A stretch of 63,235 nucleotides of DNA, filler included, from Dugesia japonica (Eukaryota): assembly GCA_001938525.1 (NCBI GenBank). It is 6 parts of 6 records of this genome, joined end to end, with 100 filler letters (N's around TTAATTAATTAA, not from the genome) between each part and the next. Parts side by side here need not be neighbours in the genome. Positions count along the whole stretch, not along the records: positions 20,775 to 31,118 come from MQRL01648193.1; positions 31,219 to 41,116 come from MQRL01641267.1; 4 more parts are not named here. One strand, given 5' to 3'. Below the pieces are notes generated by a model. It had not been told where the DNA came from and ran no database searches. It worked only from the letters and a program-made list of their open reading frames with translations. Position 1 is the stretch's first letter; every line of letters starts with the position of its first letter. Positions 25,331-37,602 of the stretch are shown piece after piece. The translations under genes and the position numbers were made by a program.

Positions 25331-27278
25331 TAAATTATCAAAAATATTTTAAAAATAAGCAGCAATTCCGAAACCGTAAATAACAGAATTTTTCTTTGGA
25401 ATTTAAATTGTCCATAAATATATAAAGTAAATACAGGTTATATTTACGAATTCATGAATTAAACAACCCATTATTTATTGCTAATAACTATTTTTGTAAT
25501 TTACCGAATCTCAAAACAAATAATTTTGGTTTTGTTTTGAATTATCATACCTCAACTGTAAAGTGAATTTATTCTTGTTTTAAATTATAAATATCTCAGA
25601 TGTATTTTATTTGATTTGTACATTTTCACTTGCAATATTAAATTNNNNNNNNNNNNNNNNNNNNNNNNNNNATTCCTGTTAAAAAATCCTGTGAAAATTT
25701 AGTTCAATTTAAACAACTATTCAATTATCTGGATTATTTATTATTGTACAAAATTTTTTGTTTGGCATATATTCAGAATATTTCAGTAAATTGTCATGTT
25801 ATTATTAAAAACAATTCAATCTACAAAATTATCACTCTATTAAAAACAATTCATAACAAACTGATCTTTGTGTTAACTTTTAATAAACATACACAGATAA
25901 TAATGTTTAAATTTAACAAGAATCCATTCTTCACGAAAGAAATAAAAGAATTTTACAATTGCAATTATTGTGAGAATAATTGTTGGACATAACCATTGAT
26001 CGTTTTTCTGAATTCATTAAAATAAAAGCTTCGATCAAAATGTTTGGTTTTTTTTTTGATAACAATTCGATATTTCTACTTTGTCTTCTTCAGTAATTGA
26101 CTGATAAAGACAAAGTCGAAATATCGAATTGTTATCAAAAAACAAAAACAAAATTTTTTGATCGAAGCTTTTATTTTAAATGAAAACAAAAGATTTGTTT
26201 GAATAAAACCGGTAATTAAAAAAATTGTTGGGTTCTCAAATCATCTCCAATCGAATCCAATCAATTAATTGTTTAACAATTGACAATATTATTTATTATG
26301 TGATCCCCTTGTAACTATTTGATCTATTATTTAGTATAACTTATTCTTAATTGTGTTATTTATTGATTTTGGATTATTTATTGAAATTAAATGAACTCGT
26401 TTTTAACAACAAATAATTTTTTATTTTTTAACAAGTTTTTTTTAACAATTTTTTTAAAAAGCAAATATCAAAGTTGCCATTCTTTTATTTTCAATATTTC
26501 TACATAGTCTTCTTCAGGAACTGTTGTTTGTCCTAAATTGTAGATAATGAATTTTCATGTATGTGAATTTATTTTTATGTTATTTTNNNNNNNNNNNNNN
26601 NNNNNNNNNNNNNNNNNNNNNNNNNNNNNNNNNNNNNNNNNNNNNNNNNNNNNNNNNNNNNNNNNNNNNNNNNNNNNNNNNNNNNNNNNNNNNNNNNNNN
26701 NNNNNNNNNNNNNNNNNNNNNNGTAACCAAGACATTAAAATATTGAATTGAAAGTTTTAAGAATTTTGCCGATAAGGGAGACAACATTAGTTGAACCAAG
26801 GTATTAAAATAAAGTATTGATATTTTAAATTAAATTATAATTGTTTGATTTATTTAATTGTAAATTTTATTTATACCGATTTTTAAAACAAGAAATTTAT
26901 GCAGTTTGGCATAAAACTGTTTAGAAATTATGATTTTTAAGTAAATTAAGTTTTTATTAAAAAAGTAAAATAAATAAAATTTCTAGTTCAAAGAAAAATA
27001 ACATTAATTAATTAATATATTAACCAGTTACAGTAATAGGAACACCTTCTGAAGTTTCAACTTGCTCACATTTCGGTGCTAATGTCATCACTTCTAAAGA
27101 AAGCCTATAATTGGTTTTTAAAACTTTAAAAATAATACAAAACTTACATTTGAACCTCACAAACTAACCACCAAGACCAGCCCCATCCCCCGACAATAGT
27201 TTTAACTTTTTTATCACCAAAACATCCACCAGATATTATTAACGCTTCATTTGGTCCAACTGTGTGTATATTTCCCAT
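20965..27278 (-). CDS. FLOT2: Flotillin-2 (SPFH domain); exons about 27278-27149, 27105-27024, 25120-24955, 24913-24710, 24665-24512, 21582-21400, 21350-21012; exact 3' end uncertain
   Basis: MGNIHTVGPNEALIISGGC...GGWGWSWW; SLEVMTLAPKCEQVETSEGVPITVTG; ACEQFLGK...QTLEGHLRAILGTLTVE; DRDQFAQLVREVASPDV; DADIGVAEAERDAGI; MPRIAAEVSSPL. Confidence 0.92.
23050..23430 (+). mobile_element. Penelope-like GIY-YIG endonuclease remnant in flotillin intron
   Basis: CDPKCICD...KNVTYKIKC..YKETY..ET...LTRIEEHL (degenerate 'VVY.I.C..C...YIGET.R.L..R..EH'). Confidence 0.55.
23444..23651. mobile_element. pogo-type MITE
   Basis: TA|CCGTATTTTCCGC ... GCGCAAAATACGG|TA inverted ends with TA TSD. Confidence 0.7.
25143..25330. 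repeat. (TTA)n microsatellite spanning a gap
   Basis: Direct observation. Confidence 0.95.
25950..26185. repeat. Dispersed foldback repeat (about 170-bp imperfect palindrome with a conserved leader)
   Basis: TTCATTAAAATAAAAGCTTCGATCAAAA ... TTTTGATCGAAGCTTTTATTTTAAATGAA. Related copies at about 1455-1545 (reverse), 16590-16690, 23750-23860, 27595-27720 and 35268-35478. Confidence 0.8.
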
Positions 27279-29819
27279 TCAAATTTATAATTGATTATAG
27301 AATATAAAATTGATTGAGTAAAACAAATCTATTAACTTAATTACATATAAAACAAAGTTGGATTTTATTGAAATGAATTAATTTACCCTTTTTTATTTTG
27401 AATTAAAATTCAGTATTATCAAATTTAAATTTTTTAAAAATAAAATATAATATTTATCAGATGTTCTGTAATTATTTTCCAATGCGAAAAGCTTTTTAAA
27501 TTAAAAATTTAATTTAAATAAAATATAAAACATTTAAATTTAGTCGTATACAATTATTGAGTAATTTATTATCAATAATCAATTATTTTTTTTACAATTA
27601 CAATTATTGCGAGAATAATTTTTGAACGATCCATTGATCGTTTTTCAGAATTCATTAAAATAAAAGCTTCGATCAAAAAAAAGTCAATTCCTGACGAAGA
27701 CAAAGTTGAACATTAGAATCAAAAACAATAAAATAATTTCTTAAGTAATTCTTCTGTATAATCTCAACTGGTTTATTGGGGGTCAAACAAGTTAACTGAA
27801 AAAAGTAGACAATCTCAAGAATTGATATTTATCTTGATTTATTTTTCAGGTCAACTGAAATATTATATTTTTCAGGAGAAAATTTTGTAAATAACCATTT
27901 CTGATTAATTTTCAATGATGCGCTTAATTTATTTTGATTTAGATTTTTTGTAATTAAATAGATCGAATTTATTCTGATGAATCTTATGCTAATGCGATTC
28001 AATATATTTTGTTCATGTTTATTTTGTTTCATTTTGTGTTGTTGAAATATATTTGGTTGAAAATTATATTTCTTTGGTTGATAATTTTTTGTAATCATTT
28101 CTCCTTATTTTCAAATCACTTATTCTTGCTGAATTAATTTTTATTTCTTCACGATTGTTTTGAATTATTGATTTTTAATATTTTTTATTTATAAACTTTT
28201 TTTTTGTAATTGATAGATTTTTCTTTGAAATTTGTCTAATATTATATCTATTTAAAAAATATTTTCTGTTTTATTATTTTTATATTTCGTAACACTCAAA
28301 TGATTTTTCCTTTTCTTTCTAAATAGGATTAAAGCTTAGTGTATTTTTTTAAAAAAATTTTAACTTAATTCTGTTTCTGATAATTATTTATAAATTAAAT
28401 TATAGACTTAGATAATTTGCAGAACCAATAATTTTAATTTTATTTTATATATATAAACTTCAATCTAAATCTGAGATTTTAATTTGATAGAATTTAATCC
28501 AATTTATCCGTAGAATTTCTCAAGTTAATTGACTGAGTTCAGTATTCAGCTTGACTTATGCGTTCTATGTATAGATTTATTTCAGTTTAAATATCTACAA
28601 ATAAAAAGTTCAAATTCTTTGTTATGTTTTATATTTATGCAATGTTTTTAATATTATAATTTGCAATCAATTTTCAAATCAATCATTAAAATGGCATTTA
28701 GTTTACAAAAGAAACTTCAAAGAATTTCAGTCTGACAGTCTTCTACATGGCAACAAATAAGATGCATATTCGACACTATTCTGTATGAATTTCAGCAAGA
28801 AAAATGTGGCTCCATTTGTTCAGTTCTCAGCAAAGATGAAGTGTCGTACGTTGAGTGCGAATTTTGTTTCACGAGCTTTAAAAACGGTGATTTCTATGTC
28901 ACAGACAACTAATATCCTGGTGCTACTAGAAGAGCCAGCAATGAATATCTGGAACAACTACTCTCTGATAATTCGACAGACATAGACAGAGCTTACAAAG
29001 CAATTGGAGTTACTCAGCAAACCTTTCCTAACCATTTACATAGATGGGTAAGATTCAAAAAGAAGGAAAATGGGTTCCGCATGAACTCACTTAATCCAGG
29101 AAAATCATTTAATTATATCTATTATCGATTGGGTTCAACTATTCTCCTGAATTCTAGACAATTTGAAAGATTTTCAGAAACAAATTTGTTTAAAATTACA
29201 ATTCCTTAGAGAAACTTACTCGGTAAAAAAAATTAACTAAGTTAGATCAATAATCATCCAAAGAAATCTTTATTAAATATTTGTATTCATCTTTTATCCA
29301 AATTTATTATAAACTTTTTCAGGAAAGTTTATTCTTTTGCATAAATATTTTCCTTATGAATAATCTTATGAAAATGAAAATAAATGAAAATAAAGAATAT
29401 ATAATGATAAAAACTGGAAATTAAATAAAATTATGAATCGAAAAGAGTAAGTAGATAGCTATGTCAAAAATTTATGTAAGCTTATTTTTTCAGTTCAAAT
29501 TCTTATGTATTTTAAATTTAATCTTGAAAAAGCGTAATTATTTTATATAGCCTTGTTTTGTTAAATCGTTTCAATATTTTATTTATAAAAAATATAAAAA
29601 GAAGTAGTAGATGGAATTATGTTAATATTTCGATCTATATTTAATTTGTTTCTATTTAAAGTTTTTTCTATGTTCACAATTATCTGATCAACTAAAGATA
29701 AGTCAATACTAAGTGATTGTGAGTAAGAATATTGTTTAAATTCAGAAAAGCAAAAGACCAGATATTTGATTTGTTCAAAAAGGGGAATTTGTAAATCAAA
29801 AGAAGTGACAAACTCAGAT

Positions 29820-31050
29820 GTCAAAAATAGTATAACAATTTACAGCTAAACTCTTTATTCGCAAATCAGTGATCTAACATAAAAAACCGTCAAATCTCGG
29901 AAGAAAAATATTAAAGATGAGGTAAGAGCAAATCCGAATTATCCACCTTTATCAATTATATTTACAAGAATTCAGAATATAAGTGATCATGAAGTTTGGC
30001 TAGACATGAGTGGAAACCAGACACTACTTCGCATGGTAAACTGGACTCAGAATGAAGCCAGACCATATTTTATACGAATATTATATGACCTTCAAATAGT
30101 GGAACTTTATACTTTAACTGCTTCCGTAAAGCTATTTCTTGGATTTAATTCTGAAGTCAATAATCCTGATAGAGTATAAGTGTTTTAATCAGATTTAGAA
30201 ATGCTCACTCTCACAAGAAGCAATCAGATTTATACTGATGGAACAATTGAAACAGTTCCACACATTTGCGTTCAATTATATACAATACCTGAAGAAGTGT
30301 TTGGGTTCACTTTTCCATGCATGTATGTACTTTGCCATCATAAAAATAAAACAACTTATCTTAAGATATTTGCTCATTTAAAAGAAGTTTCAATCATTTC
30401 AGGAATCAGGTTAGTGTCAAGCCTCATTATGACCGATTTCGAAATCGTTGTTATGAAAGCAGAAAAAATAAGTTTTCTATAGACTCAAATTAAAGGTTTT
30501 TTATTTCACCTTCATCAGAAAAATGGTATGACTGATGAATATTTAGATCCAAATAACTATTCCATTAAACAGTTTGTAATAGCATGTATGACGTTACCTT
30601 TTGTTCCAATTGAAGATAGGATTGATACCTTCAAGCTATTAGCATTCCAGGCACTTTCAAGCCTAATTGAGTTCATTTTGTGTTATGGAAAAATGTACAT
30701 TGGCATTTTAAAAAGCAATGAAACATAGATTAAAATTGCGTCTATATATAGTTGTAAAAATGAAATTGCTATAATTTAACTCTTTGTGGCGACAGAAGAA
30801 TCATTAATGTTGTTGAAGGATGGCACTCTGATTTTCAAGGTGCTGTTCAATCTGAACATGAATATTTGGAAATTTATTGAATTTATTAAAATAGATAAAT
30901 TTGAAAACGAGCGATTGATTATATTGTGGACAGGCATTCAATTAAAAAAATATCTAATAAAAAACGGTCGAATTGCAGATTTAGTTCAATCTTATGATGA
31001 ATTTAAAAGAAACCACGAAGTTCTAGTTTTTTTGCAAGTAGATTGATAGT
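29820..31050 (+). mobile_element. MULE (Mutator) transposase pseudogene
   Basis: IYTDGTIETVP...QLYTI...FPCMYVL..KNKTTY...IMTDFE...LPFVP...NVVEGWHS; many stops. Confidence 0.8.
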
Positions 31051-31118
31051 AGCGGGAAAGAACAGCACACATGCAGACCCCCCCGCCGATTAGTGATGTA
31101 ATTAGTGCGATTATCTGA

Positions 31119-31218
31119 NNNNNNNNNNNNNNNNNNNNNNNNNNNNNNNNNNNNNNNNNNNNTTAATTAATTAANNNNNNNNNNNNNNNNNNNNNNNNNN
31201 NNNNNNNNNNNNNNNNNN
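31119..31218. other. Artificial contig linker
   Basis: TTAATTAATTAA at 31163-31174 between 44-N runs. Confidence 0.95.
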
Positions 31219-31308
31219 TCAAAGAATTCAAAATAAAATTGTAATTATAAATTAAAAAGGATGGCACACCATTTTCACATGCATTAAATAACTCAAGAAA
31301 CCAATAAT

Positions 31309-34300
31309 TTATTTGATAAACAATAATGCACATATTCCGCAGATACTCAAAGAATCAAATATTTGTCTAGTCTGTAACCACCAATCACAACCAAGTCTGC
31401 CATGCCAGAATCTGAAATTTAGATCAGAAATCACTAGTAAAATTGCTGTCGCAATTCCAAGAAAGAAAATTCCCCATTTCAATTTATATTGTGATGATAT
31501 ACAAACAAAAGATAACAAGAATAAAACCGCACAAAAAATATTAAAGAAATATTGCACATAACCATCACCGAAAACGTATTCTGCCAAATCCAAATTCTAT
31601 TAATAATAAATCAATTAAAATAATAAATTGACTAATTTTCATTAAATCCATAAAATCTCATCAATAAATCGATAATTTGAATTTTTATTATAGCCATCTA
31701 ATATTCAGTATAATTGCTTAAATTTTTGTTTGAATAATGTCATATTTTCATTTGTCTGATGATGACGACTGTTAATCCGTCGATTATATATCCCAATAAT
31801 TTAATTCATGCTCTCAGAAACGTCCACATATAAAATCTATTTAATTTAAGCTACTTTTTAATTGTAAGCATATTTAATTTTTTTTAATTTGAATTTTACA
31901 TTATTATTAAAAGATTAATTTATAAAATATTAATATCGATAATAATAATTATTATTGTTAGATGAATTTGGAAAACTCATCGGATAATTAATATCAGAAC
32001 TCGAATCCATTACAAAATTTATTCAAACAAAACTATAAACATAAATTTGTTTTTTTCAAACAAATTTAAAAATTCATATTTAAAAGCGAAAAATATTAAA
32101 TATNNNNNNNNNNNNNNNNNTTTTAATTTTAACGCTTTATTACCAAATTTTAAAATACCTAAAAATATTAATTTTATTTATTTACTTTTATATTTTATTC
32201 TTCTGAAATAAATTTTAAATACAAATTTGACTTTAATAAATCTCGCCTTAAAACACAAAAAATTCAAATCTGTTTTAAAACTATCTTATAATAATTAATA
32301 ATAAAATTAATAAATAACGTAATATAATAAATATTAATAATATTAAATAATAATAATAAATATTAATAATACTAAATAATAATAATCAATAAATAATAAT
32401 AATATAATAATAAATAATAATTAATAATATATAATATTAATAAATAATAATAAATAATATTAATTAATAATAATAAATAATAATCGATTAATAATAATAA
32501 TCAATAATAATAATAATAAATCATAATAATAAATAATAATAATAAATCATAATAAATAATAATAATAATAAATCATAATAAAATAGGTTTTAAAAAATAT
32601 TGAAATTTTTTTTATTTTATTAGAAATTTTTTTTTAAAAATTGAGAATTTTGGTTATAGGCAACATCTGATATTTAGTATAATTGCTTAAATCTTTTTTT
32701 GAATAATATAGACTGAGTAATTTTTCATTTTGTCTGATGGAGAATGTTTATCCGTCGAAATATATAACAATAAAGCTTTATTTTAAATGACGTTATTTAT
32801 TTTTTTATATTTATTTATGTATAAAATATTTATTCCTAATTAAATTTTACAATTGATTTTCAATTATAAAGTCGATAACAAGAAATATTATAATATAAAA
32901 TAATAATTAATGAAATTATGTTATTTCTCACAGGGCGTTTTATAGTTATTCTTACATTATATTTGTAAATTTGAGAAATAATTTGTTTAATAATAAAATT
33001 GTTAATATGTTTTATATATAATTATATCAATGGAAAATATCAAATTAGCCAAATTAGATAAGGAAACATTTTCGAAAGCGATATCATTAGGAGATTTAAT
33101 TCACCATTGGATACTCCCATAGTGTGCGTGTGGCAAAAATAAATTAGGTTATGCTTGGACTTTAGAAGATTGAACGAAATTACAGAGATGCATTTTCTAT
33201 GTCGAATGTGGAAGAAATGTTGGATACTTTGAGTAGGACAACTTTTTCAGCTCGATAGATCTGGGAATTGCATATTTTCAGGTAGAGTTGGATAAACAGT
33301 CTCNNNNNNNNNNNNNNNNNNNNNNNNNNNNNNNNNNNNNNNNNNNNNNNNNNNNNNNNNNNNNNNNNNNNNNNNNNNNGGGACATTTCGGGAGATTATG
33401 AATGAAGTAACAAACAAGAAATTTAGGATCGAAGAAAATTTGATTTTCTCTAAATCAAAGGAAGAGCATTCATTATCATTTGATTGGTCAGGTGCTAGAG
33501 AATCGATGCAGATAAATGTAGGTTTGTAGGAAATTAAATTTTTGGGGAATTCGAACAGATCCGATAAAAATAGAGTTTATTCTGGATACAGATGCGCGTT
33601 TTAACACAATCGGAGCAGCGTTATCGTAAGTAGATGAAAAATGGTAATTGCGCATGGGTCCCATGCAATGAGGTCTCATCAATTAGGATACTGCACAACT
33701 AGGAAAGAATTGTTAGTAGTATACTAATTTTGCTAACACGTATATAATAATAAACTTTTAATTCATAATTAAATTTTACTATTGATTCTCAATTATTCAA
33801 TCAATACGAAATATTCCAATATAAAATAATAATTAATGAAATTATATTTTTTCTCATAGGGCGTTTTATAATTAATCTTTTTGATATTTTACACCGTCAA
33901 TTTACAATTTCTGTTTAGTAAGTCGTCTCGAAATTACCAATTTTCAAGTGGTTTATTCTTAGATTATATTTGTCAATTAATTTGAGATATAATTTGTTAA
34001 TAACTATTGAAAATTTAATTAACGAAATTGTTAATGTTTAATGACAAATATCAAATTAGTCAAATTATTGTTTTTTTTAATGAATTTGGTAAAATTATAA
34101 TTAAAAAGAAATTTACTTGATTACTAAACATTATGTTATGACAAGAGCATAAAGCGTAAATTCCAAGTAAACATTGTCCAATATAAGACATTAATCCGTT
34201 TTTATTTGAACTTTGAAATCTTTTCAAGCACGAATAACCGATAAGATGAGATGATAAAATCAAGAAAGACCCTACACAACCACAATATTTTATAAGAACT

Positions 34301-34596
34301 TTTTGAATGAGCCAATTTCTATATCGAAGTTCTTCGGAATAATTTCCGAATAAATAAGCTAAATGAGAATACAAAATAGCATAAAGTAATAGAAAATCTT
34401 TTCTTAAATAGTTATTAGACAAAGCAATGCCTGACAAAAAAGAAAGAAACATATGAACATAAATATAGTAAGTAGGAAATGGAGGTGCTGTGTGTCTTGT
34501 AGCTAATTCACCCATTAACAACAATAATGTCAAAGCATTAAATAATGGAATTTTAAACAAGAAATATAAAATATACTTGGAAAGTTTATCAGCCAT
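31309..34596 (-). CDS. TMEM101: Transmembrane protein 101; exons 34596-34117 and 31596-31309 (255 aa)
   Basis: PPFPTYYIY, RYRNWL, GSFLILSS, GQCLLGIY, SDLNFRFWH...WWLQ...SLSICG align with TMEM101 motifs. The phase-0 GT-AG intron joins the two ORFs to the expected length. Confidence 0.8.
32290..32585. repeat. Degenerate (AAT)n low-complexity tract
   Basis: Direct observation. Confidence 0.85.
33040..33740 (+). mobile_element. Gypsy RT/RNase H remnant in TMEM101 intron
   Basis: DTPIVCVWQK*IRLCLDFRRLNEIT; LDTDA..TIGAAL; GYCTTRKELL. Confidence 0.7.
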
Positions 34597-35555
34597 ATAC
34601 TAAAATTATAAAACAAATATTAATTTAAAATAATTAAGCTGATATCAATAATACAAAGTAAAAATAAATTATTCAAAAAATTGTTAAAATTTAAACTTTT
34701 AAATTTAATTATTATTATTTAGTTGTAGATATTTTATTTAAACAATACAAATATTAATTGTATTATCAATGATTTTAAATATCATTATTTAGTGGAACAA
34801 AAATAATTTTTTCAATACTACGAAATGTTCTAACAAACATCGATAAACAATATTCAATAATAATAATGATACATCGACGATAATTAAAGCTTATTTTATG
34901 CACTGGGTAAGTGAAAATTATTTTTTAACATTCATCAAAGAAATTAAATATTAATACATTTAACTTCGATTTACTTTTTCTAATCTAGAAAAATCAGTTA
35001 CATGTCTATCAATTTAAAATTTGAATTCATTAATTCATTAATTCATTATCAAATTTAATTAAATTATAATCTCAGAATGATCAATCTTTCCATTTCTAAT
35101 GTGTCTTGCTAAAATTATTGTACTGGCAAAACATCAAAACTTTTCATTTTTATCCTTAATCGTTGCAAATAAATAAAATATCATTAAAGATGTTTGTAAC
35201 CAATTCAATTAAATTTTTCTATTAAGGGTTTTAATTAATTTTCAGTTTTTGAACAAAGCCCCGTTTGCAATTACAATTATTGCGAGAATAATAGTTAGAC
35301 TTAACCATTAATAGCTTTTGAGATTTCATTAAAATAAAGCTTCGATCAAATTTATTTTTGTTTTTGATAATAATTTTAATTTTAGAAAAAAAATCAATTC
35401 CTGATGAAGACAAATTCAAAAAACAGAATTTTTATCAAAAACAAAAATAAATATGACCGTAGCTTAATTTTAATGAAAGCTACATTTATTTTTAGAAAAT
35501 TCACAAAAGGTAAATTAGTCAAAATATTTCCCTTCTCTGTCTATTACTTTTAACC

Positions 35556-37602
35556 GGTGTACGGACACTTAATCACCTACATGACGGACATTTAATCACG
35601 TAACATTTAATCACGCGACACTTAATCACCGACATTTAATCACTCGACACTTAATCACCGATATTTAATCGTTTGACAGTTAATCACTCGACACTTTATC
35701 ATTCACATTTAAAACATAAAAATACTTAATCAGACGACGTTAATATATTTAATTTATTAATAGTACAATTCAATAAAATGAATACAATAAAATAAAATAA
35801 AATACAAAACATTTCACAATATAAATTTATTTATTACATGAAATCTGTGCAAGACTACGTAAATAAATTAAAATTTCACTCGACGAATATCTATCAACTG
35901 TATTTTTTATTCTCTGCTTCATTAACTTGGATCTTTTGGATACAGTGAGTTGCACGCCAGATATATCATATAGAAATGCTGTTCGTTACATTTGCGTATC
36001 CTTTGCGATTCCTTTTATAAAAGTCCATAATGTAGGATGGAGGCATTGAAAAAGTATATGTAGTCCATAATGCCAACCTTCTACGGAGTTCGTTGTTCTG
36101 GCTATTCTTTCAGATACAGTTTCATAATGATTCTAACTTTCTATTGGAAAGAGCACTAGACCATAATATTTAGTACGTCCTGGTAGTCTTCTGCCTCGAA
36201 TATAAGTTTGTTCAAAATACGAAAAAGCTCAGGCATCTTATCACGCTCTGGCATGTTTTCAGCTAATATCAAAAAAGCATTAATAACATCTACTGAAGGA
36301 ACGATTGCCAAAGCAGATAAGCAGTGAACGGCTGTTCGCAAACAGTCGTGGCATTTATAATCGACTTTCATGCCAATTTCATTTACTTCCCGCTTTACAC
36401 TTTGCTTAAGATGAAAATAGCAGCCCATGACATTTGCATTAGGAAAAGCTGCTCTAAAGGCACTTATTGCAGCATTCTCAAAATCAAGCAATATTCTATT
36501 TGGTGAAGCCAGTGGAAAAATCTGTTTAACTGCTATTGTAATGCGATCATAAAAAGCACGTGTTTTTGTTTGAATCAAACAGTAAATTGTGGTAGGATTT
36601 ATACCAGGAACAAGTTGAAAATGTATAGTATATAGCTAAAAAAATATAGAAGGCACTACTTTGAATGTTCCGTCTGCCAACCATAATTTAGCTTTAGCCA
36701 ATTTATCCAATAATTCGTCACTTCCCATTATCAAAAGCCGATTAGGTCCAGATTCTAAATCATATAAAATCATATTTTGAAATTCTTCAGGTATATTAAA
36801 TGTCATATATTTTGGAGGTGAAAGAAGATATGTCAATTCTGACTCCGACTGTATCTTTTGGCGTTTTTGCTGCAAATTTTGCTTAAGAGAATCCTTATTG
36901 TTGAAGGTAAAAGAACCTCCGATTGAAGCTCCATACTTACAGAACCTATCACTGGAGTTCTTGTAGTCGAAATTTCCCCATTTGTCTTTCCTTTTAACAA
37001 CAGATTGTTTGGCCAAAAAGTATTCTTATTACCATCATGATTATGCTGAGGATCACAATCACCCACGACTTTATCTTTTTCTGTTGTTAAACGGGCTTGA
37101 CATTTGCAGATCTGGTAACGTTTACAACGCCATTGAATGTTACCATTTGCATATTTCCGATGCTTAATAAATTCATATTGCTTATGCAAAACAGACTCTT
37201 TTCCCTTTGTAGTAGTGCCAAAACTAATTTTATTATCAGTCATTTTAGTCCTTTAAATACGTTAATGAGTATATTTATAGTTAAATAAATATTACATAAT
37301 CAAAATTAATAAACGTTTTTTAATTTCAGGGATTAAAGTAAATCATAATGATAATTTAATAAATTAATTATGTACATTAATGCTGATTTTGTTCTATTTA
37401 TTTTATCAGTGATTAAATTTCGAGTGATTAAGTGTCTTCGTGATTAAATGTCGGTGATTAACTGTTGCGTGATTAAATGTCGAGTGATTAAGTATCTACG
37501 TGATTAAATGTCAGTGATTAACTGTCGCGTGTTTAAATGTCCGTCACGTAGGTGATTAAGTGTCGCGTGATTAAATTTCGCGTGATTAAGTGTCACCAAA
37601 CC
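35556..37602 (-). mobile_element. Full-length Phantom-type MULE (FLYWCH plus MULE transposase, frameshifted)
   Basis: TIRs built from tandem GACAYTTAATCAC subunits; 9-bp TSD CTTTTAACC (35547-35555) / CTTTTAACT (37603-37611). FLYWCH TKGK...WRC...C.ARL...HNH; WLADGTFKVVP; ILLDFE; GCYFHLKQ; RTTNSVEGWH. Confidence 0.9.

Noticed and set aside
31313-31561. Cys-rich plus-strand ORF
   Set aside because: Antisense shadow of TMEM101 exon 2.
35556-35705. CRISPR-like or iteron array
   Set aside because: No unique spacers; mirrored at 37408-37602 as the TIR of a MULE in a eukaryotic context.
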